Positions 29,573 through 38,372 of a DNA stretch of 50,064 bases are shown piece after piece. Position 1 is the first letter of the stretch. Each line of letters begins with the position of its first letter. Made by a program: the position numbers and the translations under genes. The notes under the pieces are model-generated. The model did not search any database. It was not told where the DNA came from and was given only the letters and a program-made list of their open reading frames with translations. The stretch is taken from positions 1 through 50,064 of the forward strand of contig JAHDFH010000001.1 in the NCBI GenBank assembly GCA_020628305.1, given 5' to 3'. The stretch is from Acidimicrobiales bacterium (lineage in GTDB: Bacteria; Actinomycetota; Acidimicrobiia; Acidimicrobiales; SZUA-35).

Positions 29573-30041
29573 CAAGGTCAGAGCCTTTCTAGGTCTTGGT
29601 TCCAATATTGGTGACAGCAGAAACTGGCTTCGGCAGGCTGTTGAAGAGCTTCCAGGGGTGATTGCTGTTTCACCGCTGTATCGTACGGAGCCAGTTGGTG
29701 GCCCTGACCAAGACGACTATTTGAACATTGTTGTTGCAATAGAAACCGAGTTGAGTTCTCGAGACTTATTACTTCAGTGTCAAAGAATCGAACTTGAAGC
29801 TGGGCGTGAACGCCTGGTCAAGAATGGGCCCAGGACACTTGATATAGACATCCTGTTGTATGACAATCGGCAAATTTCAGAGCCTGGCTTGGAAGTTCCC
29901 CATCCAAGGATGTTTCAGCGCAACTTTGTCATAAGCCCTTTGTTAGACATCGCTCCAGAGTTAGCCTTTGACGAAGCTTTCACATCTCGAATTAATCCTG
30001 ATGAATTGATCGGTGATGTTGAAGAAATTGGTGAGCTTTAG
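29565..30041 (+). CDS. folK: 2-amino-4-hydroxy-6-hydroxymethyldihydropteridine diphosphokinase
   Basis: LGLGSNIGD, GPRTLDIDILLY, PHPRMFQRNFV. Confidence 0.97.
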   Translation: MPNKVRAFLGLGSNIGDSRNWLRQAVEELPGVIAVSPLYRTEPVGGPDQDDYLNIVVAIETELSSRDLLLQCQRIELEAGRERLVKNGPRTLDIDILLYDNRQISEPGLEVPHPRMFQRNFVISPLLDIAPELAFDEAFTSRINPDELIGDVEEIGEL

Positions 30042-32215
30042 AGAATTCCTGTTGTATATCTAAACTCGAATCCTTCAGAGAAACCAGTCAGCATTTCACC
30101 TCTTGATAGACCAGCATCCAGCAGACCACTCCAGTAGTTGACTTCTGAGCTGCTAGGCGTTCTCTTCAAAACGTTTTGGTAGATCAACTTAGTAAAGTCT
30201 GGGTTGCTGAGGCTGCCATATCGACTTGCGAATTCTGGCGACGTTGTGAACTCGTTTGCTATTGATTGCAGGTCGCCAGTGGATACTAGGACGCTAACCC
30301 AATAGTCGAGAGCTTGATCGGTCGGTGTGCGCAAGAAGGTAGCTTTATAGATTCGCAGGATCTGTCCATCGATTTCAGAATTTGGCGCCACCGTCTCAGT
30401 CCTTGTTATGTACTCAGACGACTCTGCAAAGCCCAGCATCACAGAACCTCGACTGGTGCCACTGTTTAGCAGCCCAAGCCAATAGTTGTAGCCAGCATCA
30501 GGCTCTCGGCGCAGAACATTAGCGTAGACAAGGTCAACAAACTGGGCGTTGCTTAGGTTGCCGTAGCGTGAAGCAAACTCTTGGCTTGATGCGAAGAAGC
30601 TTGAGATGTTGTCAGGGCTGGTTCCGTTAACCCGCTCCGTCTTCCAGTAATTTAGGCCCGTTGAGTCCGGCTGACGGAGGAAGTAAGCACTGTATAGGCG
30701 TCCAATCTGGCCGTCGAGAGCGGTTTTGTTGACGTTGATGACAGAGCTTGATCCGCCACCGCTAGATCCTGAAGATCCGCTTGCAGAAGTAGTGAATGAG
30801 GTAACCCGTGTCGAGTCTGTTGCATCGCCGACGCTACGCAGCTCAAGTGAGTAGTTGGTGCTTGCAGATAGTCCGGTCACAGTAGCAGATTTAGCAGCTG
30901 GCGAAGTTGTGACTTGCTTGACAAGTACTCCGTCTTTCTTGACTTTGACCTGCATTGTGTTGGGCAGTGAACCAACCTGTGAGAGATCGAAGTTCCACTT
31001 TACTGTGACAGAGTTAGAGGTCTTAGTTAGGGAAGTGATATTGCCTTTTAGGTGTGTGGTTTGGAGACCCCAGCCTATTCCGTCCAAGATTCCAAGAATG
31101 GGAGCGTCGACACTACGATTGGCTACACCATAGTTGAATAGAGGTGTCATGAGAGTCCCAGGCGCCCCGCTTCCATAGACACTCTCGTCAAAGTGGGAAT
31201 AGCTGCTTCCGTTTTCCCAGTTTGTTGGATCGTAGAGTTTGTATATCTCGCCACCCCCGATGGTCACATCTAAAGCGTTGCTTTCTAGATACTGATTTGG
31301 GTTGGAAAGCGCTGTCAGATTCTGATTGTTATAGCGAACTAAATCATCGTAGATGCCAAGGGGGGAGCCAAGTTCCGGACCGGAGCCGTAGTCAGCTGCT
31401 GAGCCTGTAAACCCAAGTCCATGAATCGCCTCGTGAAGTACTACTGAGTAGAGATCAATTTTTGAGTTGGGTACCGAGGTATTAGAGGTTGATAAGTGCC
31501 AGCTGTTGGAGGTGTAGAGCTGTGAGTTAAGTGTAATCAGCAGTTCTGGGCGGGCGGCCCCGTTCTGATCAACGTTGAGAATGGTGTTAACCAAAGCCGC
31601 AGGATAGGTACGGTTGGTTGGTAGCGACGAACCTTGGTAGAGAGTTTCGGGCCCTCCGAATCCAAGAATGTTGTTTCCACCCAGGTTCTGCCACGAGAAC
31701 AAAACTTCAACAGGGCCACCTGTTTTGGTGGTGATGAGACCATCTATTTGATTGATCGCAGCGGTGGCGACGGCTTGGACATCAGCTGGAGCTGGGTTGG
31801 CCGAATCAAACGTAATGAATATTCCTCCACCAGAAGCTTGAGAGTTGGCAGATGACTCAGTTAGGTTGAACAGCGAATCGAGTCCGCTGCTTGTTTCCTC
31901 AGCTGTTTGGGCAATAGCGTGAGATATGAGAGTAAGCTCCTTGAGTTCAAGCAAATCGTCGTGAGTTGCCTGGTCAACTGCATCATTGTGGCTGTGCTCG
32001 CCTTCATGGCTGTGAGCGTGAATAGAGCCATCATGGTTGTGATAGTGCTCGGTTGTTTCAATGGCTAGTTCGGGTTCAATCGCCACAAGATCATCGATTT
32101 GAGCAGAAGCTGGGCCAACTCCTAAACAAACCGTGGCAGCCGCCGATAGACCAATGCCTACAAGAGCGCGTCGAGCACGCCTAGGAATCTTCTCATTTGC
32201 CTTAAACAGTGTCAT
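30038..32215 (-). CDS. secreted zinc metalloprotease with FN3 and DUF4214 domains
   Basis: Signal peptide, His-rich segment, HEAIHGLGF...GSSYSH, FN3, then RLY.AYF.R.PD..GL.YW DUF4214 repeats. Confidence 0.85.
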   Translation of the reverse strand: MTLFKANEKIPRRARRALVGIGLSAAATVCLGVGPASAQIDDLVAIEPELAIETTEHYHNHDGSIHAHSHEGEHSHNDAVDQATHDDLLELKELTLISHAIAQTAEETSSGLDSLFNLTESSANSQASGGGIFITFDSANPAPADVQAVATAAINQIDGLITTKTGGPVEVLFSWQNLGGNNILGFGGPETLYQGSSLPTNRTYPAALVNTILNVDQNGAARPELLITLNSQLYTSNSWHLSTSNTSVPNSKIDLYSVVLHEAIHGLGFTGSAADYGSGPELGSPLGIYDDLVRYNNQNLTALSNPNQYLESNALDVTIGGGEIYKLYDPTNWENGSSYSHFDESVYGSGAPGTLMTPLFNYGVANRSVDAPILGILDGIGWGLQTTHLKGNITSLTKTSNSVTVKWNFDLSQVGSLPNTMQVKVKKDGVLVKQVTTSPAAKSATVTGLSASTNYSLELRSVGDATDSTRVTSFTTSASGSSGSSGGGSSSVINVNKTALDGQIGRLYSAYFLRQPDSTGLNYWKTERVNGTSPDNISSFFASSQEFASRYGNLSNAQFVDLVYANVLRREPDAGYNYWLGLLNSGTSRGSVMLGFAESSEYITRTETVAPNSEIDGQILRIYKATFLRTPTDQALDYWVSVLVSTGDLQSIANEFTTSPEFASRYGSLSNPDFTKLIYQNVLKRTPSSSEVNYWSGLLDAGLSRGEMLTGFSEGFEFRYTTGIL

Positions 32216-32378
32216 TTTCCGCCCAGTGCTAGTGCCCGTAAAGGTTGTTTCGACTAGATATTCAAATTTCTGTAGCTAGAGTTCTGAACATAGTTCAACA
32301 GGCCCACACGACATAAAAAACCTTGCCCAGCCAGGTATTCTGGTAACTAGTTGCGGGAACTAGACGGCGGTTAGAAAA

Positions 32379-33980
32379 GTGTCACCCTCAGAAGAAATTG
32401 ATGGGCTTGTGAAGTCGAAAGATGACGGACTTTTCCAACGTATCTTTCCTCGCAGCGAGCGTGAACTATTTAGTCAGTTTGTTGATGCTGTCGTTGGTGA
32501 AGAAACGACTTTAACAGATGAACTAAGGGAAGAGTTACTCGACCTGTTTATTCAATGGAGAGAGCCTTATAGATCATCGGATGCTGGGCTTCCAAATTAT
32601 GACGTGTCAGAGGTTGACGAGAATGGGTTCGCTAAGCGCTTTACGCTCCAAGAAGCGCTTGAAGACCTTGATGAAAACAAAGCAACGGCTCTCATTAAGG
32701 TGGGAATCGAGGGGTTGAGCCGGCTGAACGCAAGATTCGGTCATTCGAACAGCGACGCTATTTTGGGAGTCTTCAAGCTTAAGATCCGCAATCGACTATT
32801 CACAAAGTTCTTTCCCAACGAACCACCAGAATCCATATCTCAGGAAGAGCGAGCAGAGTTCGATACAGCGCTGACTATGATGGCGGCAGGTCCAGCAGTG
32901 CTAGTGATGCTCAACCTGCCAGCGGAGATGGTGGCCTCGGACGGAGCACACTCATTTTGGGAAGAGCTGGCACTCGACTTCAGTGAAGACCTTGTCAGAG
33001 CATGTGATTTAGTTAAGCATGATTTGCAACGGACTAGTGAGTTGACAACCCAGCAGCTGGAAGTGCTAGACCAAGCCAAGGTTGAGCACGAGCTGATCGA
33101 TATCTCGAACTATGAGTCTATGCAGGCGCAGATTTCGGGTTTGGATGAGCTTGAAGCAGAACAAGTGATGCCTATCGGAGAAACTGCGAAACCTAAGCCT
33201 CTGTCAGGCTATGCAGCGGCACGTCGAGGGAGCCTTATCAGGCAAGCTTTGAAGTTCGGGGGCAGCGAAGTTGCAGTCACCGAGCTCTTTGACAGGATCG
33301 GAGCAATCCCTCGAGACCGTATCACAGGTGGTTTTGATCGAGGTATTGCAAGGCAGGCTTATCTAGAACATGCTCAGGCCAATGCTCCGGACGGTTACAA
33401 AGCTTTCTACGCTGAGATCGATATACGAAACCTTGGGGGCTTGAATAAAGCAATAGGTCGCAAAGCTGCTGATCAGATTTTTGGCGAAATTGCATCACTG
33501 ACCCGAATGAAGTTGGAGGCCAGTGGTTTTGAGGGCGAGATGGTTCGCTTTGGTGGAGATGAGATTTGCTTTGTCGGCTACGTCCAAGAGGGGAGCATCG
33601 ACCAGCTGCACGGTGCTGCAAACGACGTACCAAAAGCTATTCAGGATTATGTCGATGCTTTAGAACCCTTTGGAGATGTGGTTGTTGGGGAGATTGAGCA
33701 CCACCGAGATTCAAGTCGTCCTAGCGGAATTGGTGCTGTGATCGCAGGGCAAGTTGTGAACGCATCAGAAACGGTAGGTTCAGTATTGAAATGGGTAGAT
33801 AAAACGATTGAAGGGTTAAAGAAGTCTCAAGACTCTAAGGCGGCGTTCCGCTCACAGGGCCCTATTGCTTTCGGCCGATCTCTGCCTACGGGTTCTCTCG
33901 GAGTCAACGGCAAGGTTCACCGACCAGGTACATCGCCTGAGATCAAGCCCCGTGATCTAGGTCCTCGTTTTTTCTGTTAG
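32379..33980 (+). CDS. divergent tandem GGDEF-domain protein
   Basis: C-terminal DIRNLGGLNKAIGRKAAD...RFGGDEI; degenerate N-terminal copy (LSRLNARFGHSNSDAIL). Confidence 0.75.
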   Translation: MSPSEEIDGLVKSKDDGLFQRIFPRSERELFSQFVDAVVGEETTLTDELREELLDLFIQWREPYRSSDAGLPNYDVSEVDENGFAKRFTLQEALEDLDENKATALIKVGIEGLSRLNARFGHSNSDAILGVFKLKIRNRLFTKFFPNEPPESISQEERAEFDTALTMMAAGPAVLVMLNLPAEMVASDGAHSFWEELALDFSEDLVRACDLVKHDLQRTSELTTQQLEVLDQAKVEHELIDISNYESMQAQISGLDELEAEQVMPIGETAKPKPLSGYAAARRGSLIRQALKFGGSEVAVTELFDRIGAIPRDRITGGFDRGIARQAYLEHAQANAPDGYKAFYAEIDIRNLGGLNKAIGRKAADQIFGEIASLTRMKLEASGFEGEMVRFGGDEICFVGYVQEGSIDQLHGAANDVPKAIQDYVDALEPFGDVVVGEIEHHRDSSRPSGIGAVIAGQVVNASETVGSVLKWVDKTIEGLKKSQDSKAAFRSQGPIAFGRSLPTGSLGVNGKVHRPGTSPEIKPRDLGPRFFC

Positions 33981-35370
33981 CTCGTATTGCTGTGAGCCCT
34001 AGACCAGCTGCAATCAGAGCGTAAAGCAATCCAGGCCAGAACTCTAACCGAGAAGCGATCGTCTTACCATCCAGAAGCTCAACCGTTGCGATCAAGACTT
34101 TCTGCTCACTCACATCAGTTCTTTGTAATACTTCGCCATCGGGGCTAATTACAGCAGTTAGCCCGGTCGGTGCTGCTTGAAGTACATATTTGTTGTACGC
34201 CACTGCGCTTACCTGGTTGGCAGCAACTTGTTGGGTTTGTACTTGTGTTAGCCAATATGACGATCCGTTTGTGGGGTTGGTTAGAAGTTGCGCACCTTCA
34301 TTGATCGCTGACCGGGCACGGTTATCGAAATAACCTTCCCACGAGATTTGCGAGCCGACCAGACCGATGGGTGTTTTTAGCGTTGCCGGCCCTACACCAG
34401 GTCTGACATCTCGAGTCGGAACCTCTGAGCTGAAGATTTCAATCAGGGACCGAAACGGAACAAACTCACCAAACGGAACAGTCCTAACCTTGTCATATCT
34501 TGCGGTCTCTTCACCGCTTGGAGTGATGATCGATTGATAGTTAACCGTTTCTGTGTCACTTAGCGACAGAAACCAGCCAGCCGAGATTGGAGCTTGCAGC
34601 TCTGCAGCCACTTTAGAAACTTGACTAAAGTACTGAGTTTCTTGAGCATCAGTGCGTGGATTTACAACATTTTCTGGCCAAAGAATGAGATCAACCTGTT
34701 CGGTAATTGACTTCGTTGCATCAACATGACGCTGTAAAACTTCTTCAGCTCCACCTGCACTAGCTCTGGTGTTTTGTTCACCGCCACCTTGCACCAAAGC
34801 AATTGTTGCTTGATTGGTTACTTCGCCAGGGGAGTGAAGGTAGCCAAGTAGCGAGAGAACGGCGACGGCAATAAGAGTCATCACACTCCGTTTGTGATTG
34901 TCTCTGAGCCCAAGCAGTGCCACCCCAATAAAGCACACAGCCACCACTATTCCTAGAGGCCCAAACAGTCGTGCAACATATACAAGGGGTGACTCAACCT
35001 GGCTGAGAGCCAGATTAGCCAAAGGGACTCCACCAAATGGCCAGCTCCAACGCAACAGCTCTGCACCTGCAACAAGACCAGGGAGAATGAAGAACTGTCG
35101 CTCGGGGGTGGCCAGCGCTGCAGCAATCCCAAACATTGCAGACATAAGACCAACAGCTAGAAAGTAGCCGGGGGGAGCCATGTCAAACATCCATAACATT
35201 GCAGGAAAAAACCATGATGCTGCAAACAAAGCTCCACGCTTGAAACGAGTTGTCGCAGAATCCACTTTCAAACTTGAGGCCAACAAGGCAATGCCAACAA
35301 ACGCAAGCGGCCAGAAACCCCACGGCGGTACTGATGCAGCAATACACAAACCGGCGCCTATGGCTTTCAT
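33943..35370 (-). CDS. lnt: apolipoprotein N-acyltransferase (Ser in place of catalytic Cys)
   Basis: N-terminal TMs, WPFGGVP, LVQGG, WPEN, YDKVRTVPFGE, ISWE. Confidence 0.9.
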   Translation of the reverse strand: MKAIGAGLCIAASVPPWGFWPLAFVGIALLASSLKVDSATTRFKRGALFAASWFFPAMLWMFDMAPPGYFLAVGLMSAMFGIAAALATPERQFFILPGLVAGAELLRWSWPFGGVPLANLALSQVESPLVYVARLFGPLGIVVAVCFIGVALLGLRDNHKRSVMTLIAVAVLSLLGYLHSPGEVTNQATIALVQGGGEQNTRASAGGAEEVLQRHVDATKSITEQVDLILWPENVVNPRTDAQETQYFSQVSKVAAELQAPISAGWFLSLSDTETVNYQSIITPSGEETARYDKVRTVPFGEFVPFRSLIEIFSSEVPTRDVRPGVGPATLKTPIGLVGSQISWEGYFDNRARSAINEGAQLLTNPTNGSSYWLTQVQTQQVAANQVSAVAYNKYVLQAAPTGLTAVISPDGEVLQRTDVSEQKVLIATVELLDGKTIASRLEFWPGLLYALIAAGLGLTAIRANRKNEDLDHGA

Positions 35371-36017
35371 GAACTTCGGGCTCGCTCGTATAGCTCAACA
35401 GATTCTGCCAGGACCTTGGAGAACCTTCGCCGTTGCTCGTTAGTCACGGAGGCCTTGTTAGAAGTCTGATTCACCCACGAGATGCTACGGTTCTTCCACC
35501 CGAGCTTCTGCGCTAGGACCTCAAGGTCGGCTGAGTAATTCTCTATTGTTCCTACAAAATCGTATTCCTCAAGCGGAATCTCTCCGAAATAGTTATGAAC
35601 CTCCTCCACAACTTCCGGCCAAGTAGCGAATTCTTCAATTGTTGGCTGCTCTTCGAGGAACTTGTCATGTACGCCCATGCCTTGAGGCTCCAGCTGTTGC
35701 CAGAAGCTATACAGCGAGATCATGCGCTCGACAGGGTCCCTGAGCCAGGTGATAAGAAAAGGTTGGTCGAGCTGTTCTAACACCTTTCGTTTGGGATGAA
35801 AATGGCCATGAATCAGATCGATTCTTCTTGGCTCAATCTCGAGATTTGAGAGATTGCTATCGGCTAACGCTTGAGATGTGACGTGATCATAGATCCAGAC
35901 AGAGTTCTTTGGCTTGTAGTTGGTTTCCAGCAGTTGCCGAAACGAGGTTCCCCCAGATTTAGGAATGTGAGCCGAAACTAGAGTGTGAGTCTTCTTGCGT
36001 TTGCGGTTAAACATCAT
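35367..36017 (-). CDS. sulfotransferase family protein
   Basis: HIPKSGGTS (5'-PSB) and LRDPVERMISLY (3'-PB). Confidence 0.88.
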   Translation of the reverse strand: MMFNRKRKKTHTLVSAHIPKSGGTSFRQLLETNYKPKNSVWIYDHVTSQALADSNLSNLEIEPRRIDLIHGHFHPKRKVLEQLDQPFLITWLRDPVERMISLYSFWQQLEPQGMGVHDKFLEEQPTIEEFATWPEVVEEVHNYFGEIPLEEYDFVGTIENYSADLEVLAQKLGWKNRSISWVNQTSNKASVTNEQRRRFSKVLAESVELYERARSS

Positions 36018-36020
36018 TGG

Positions 36021-37265
36021 CTATTCTGTCACAGATTTGGCTGCCAAAATCCCACTTTGTAGACATGCAGGAATGCCAATTCCATCGTATGCCGCCCCCG
36101 CAAAGGCAATATTGATCGGTGCGAGCTGACGAATCCGACCGACTCGCGCAGAATGACCCACCTCATACAAAGGCAAAGCGTTACTCCAACGAACGACTCG
36201 AAGTGATTCAGGCTCACCGACCTTAACCACTTCCGAAAGCTCGCTGATAAGGGCTTCAGTTAAGGCAGTGTCACTAAGCTGGTCAGGTCCTACGATATGA
36301 CTGTCGGCACCGTTCTTTCCAGTAGTAAGGCGAATTACCACCTTGCCTGGCAGCTGGTACCGATTCCACTTGGCGCTTAGCCAACTGCAAGCGCTAATCA
36401 GTTTGCTTTCCTTGAGGGGAAACACGATGCCAGGAGAATTAAGGACTGGGTCGACGTCACTCTCGTCAAAGATTAGTGTGACCTGGCCAACATGGGTATA
36501 GCGAATCGCGCTTAGCTCTTGACCGATTTCAGAATTAGGATCAAATAGGCCAGCTGAAGCATGTGCGGGGGTCGCAAGTATCGTAAGGCGATCAGGATCA
36601 AGCTCGTTGATCGGCGAATCTAAGTGAAGCTTGGCAGGATTTAGTCGCTCCACGATTGCATCTACAAGTTCCATGGAAGTGCCTTTAAGCCCATAAAACA
36701 CCGGCAGTTGGCTTGATATGTTGACGGTCTTTGCTAGTCCAGCCCTGAGGGAACCATGATTTTCAATTGCTTCTGCGAACTTTGGTGCGGCACTTTGCAG
36801 TTCAAGATTATCGATTTCGGATGCATTGATTCCACCAAGCAAAGGTTCCACCAGATAGTCAGCTACATCTGCTGAAAACTCTTTTCGAATAGCTGCTCCA
36901 ATTGTTGTAGCTGGCTCGACATCGACGGGCTCATCGGAGCTCATGAGTGGAACGCCAAGGTATGTGCCTTTAGGCATTGGGAAGAGTTCGCCCTCTTTGT
37001 AGATCTGAACAGGGTCTTTGGCTTGAGGGAGTTCAATGCTGTCGCCCAGTCCAAGTTCTTGAATAAAGCGCTGTATTACGGGAGGGCGGGCCAGAAAGTT
37101 GTCGGCTCCAGCGTCCACTAATAGTCCACCTACCTGACTTGAGGCCACCTTGCCGCCAAAGGTCGGAGAGGCTTCAAAGAGTTCATAGTCGACTCCACTT
37201 TTCTCAAACTGGTAAGCAGCTGCTAAACCAGCCAACCCACCGCCAATGATTTGAATTGAACTCAT
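36021..37265 (-). CDS. hemG: coproporphyrinogen/protoporphyrinogen oxidase (HemY/HemG type)
   Basis: GGGLAGL FAD motif, GADNF, EPLLGGI, RWSNALPLYEVGH, GAAYDGIGIPAC. Confidence 0.9.
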   Translation of the reverse strand: MSSIQIIGGGLAGLAAAYQFEKSGVDYELFEASPTFGGKVASSQVGGLLVDAGADNFLARPPVIQRFIQELGLGDSIELPQAKDPVQIYKEGELFPMPKGTYLGVPLMSSDEPVDVEPATTIGAAIRKEFSADVADYLVEPLLGGINASEIDNLELQSAAPKFAEAIENHGSLRAGLAKTVNISSQLPVFYGLKGTSMELVDAIVERLNPAKLHLDSPINELDPDRLTILATPAHASAGLFDPNSEIGQELSAIRYTHVGQVTLIFDESDVDPVLNSPGIVFPLKESKLISACSWLSAKWNRYQLPGKVVIRLTTGKNGADSHIVGPDQLSDTALTEALISELSEVVKVGEPESLRVVRWSNALPLYEVGHSARVGRIRQLAPINIAFAGAAYDGIGIPACLQSGILAAKSVTE

Positions 37266-38308
37266 GAGTTATCAAGTAGGGTTTGCCCGTATTCGTGAAC
37301 AAAGTCAGCCACCCGGGCAAGTATGTCAGGGTTAGTCTCTGGTAGAACTCCATGCCCAAGGTTGAAGATAAAGCGTGGATTACCTGCGTTTTCATCCAAG
37401 ATGCGCCGAACTTCTTTCTCGACTACGGGCCACGGAGCAGTACAGATTGATGGATCAAGATTACCTTGCAACGTGTAGTCGTTACCCAGAATGGTGCGAG
37501 CATGTCGCAGCGATGTTTTCCAATCGACACCAACAACGTCGGCTCCGGCAGCAGCAAACTGATCTAACAGCATGGAAGTGCCGGTACCGAAATGAAACAG
37601 TGGAATTCCTGTTGTCTGAACCGTTTCCAGGATTCGCTTGCTGTGGGGGAAAACAAACTCCTGGTAGTGAACAGGGTGCAATATTCCGGCCCAAGAGTCA
37701 AAAAGCTGGACTGCTTCAACACCGGCATCAATTTGTGCCTTTAACGAAGCAATCACAACGTCGGAAATTTTCTCACACAAGGTATGCCACAGTTCTGGGT
37801 TGCTAAACATCAGACGCTTGGTATTGGTGTGATTCTTGGAAGGCTTTCCCTCGATGAGGTATGTGGCAAGCGTGAAAGGAGCTCCGCAGAAGCCTATGAG
37901 CGGAATGTCAAGCTCCTTGGTAATGAGCTTGATTGCTTCTGTTTGGAAATCCAGATCAGATTCGGGATCTACGGGCCGAAATCGATCTAAGTCGGATTCA
38001 TCGCGAATTGGGTTTTCAGTAACGGGCCCAACGCCTGGTTTGATGTCGATTCCAATTCCCGTTGCCCAAAGAGGGGTGACAATGTCGGAGAACAGGATTG
38101 CAGCATCAAGATCGTAACGTCGAGTTGGCTGGAGTGTTATCTCAGCCGCTCGCTCAGGTTCTTTGATGGCGTCGAGGATTGAGCCATCTCCCCTCACCGG
38201 GAAGTATTCAGGTAACGAGCGTCCAGCTTGGCGCATAAACCACAGAGGTACACGAGACGGGGTTTGCCCGGTAGCGGCTTGAAGTAGCGGTTTTGTGGAG
38301 TTATTCAC
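37262..38308 (-). CDS. hemE: uroporphyrinogen decarboxylase
   Basis: WFMRQAGRSLPEY, AAILFSDI, GAPFTLATY, QGNLDP, FNLGHG. Confidence 0.97.
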   Translation of the reverse strand: MNNSTKPLLQAATGQTPSRVPLWFMRQAGRSLPEYFPVRGDGSILDAIKEPERAAEITLQPTRRYDLDAAILFSDIVTPLWATGIGIDIKPGVGPVTENPIRDESDLDRFRPVDPESDLDFQTEAIKLITKELDIPLIGFCGAPFTLATYLIEGKPSKNHTNTKRLMFSNPELWHTLCEKISDVVIASLKAQIDAGVEAVQLFDSWAGILHPVHYQEFVFPHSKRILETVQTTGIPLFHFGTGTSMLLDQFAAAGADVVGVDWKTSLRHARTILGNDYTLQGNLDPSICTAPWPVVEKEVRRILDENAGNPRFIFNLGHGVLPETNPDILARVADFVHEYGQTLLDNS

Positions 38309-38372
38309 GTCCCCAAGACTAATGGCAAAGAATTATACTCGCTCACCAGATATGCTTAAGTTTCCCCTTTTT

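Noticed and set aside
32286-32298. TGAAC-ATA-GTTCA as a LexA box
   Set aside because: Spacer is 3 nt; the actinobacterial SOS box is CGAAC-N4-GTTCG
35374-35383. CTTCGGGCTC matching the tRNA-Thr 3' end as a possible attR
   Set aside because: Only 10 bp, inside a coding region, with core genes in between; compatible with chance
38309-38372. Rifamycin-associated element upstream of the HelD-like gene (HelR call)
   Set aside because: No suitable palindrome seen, so called only HelD-like
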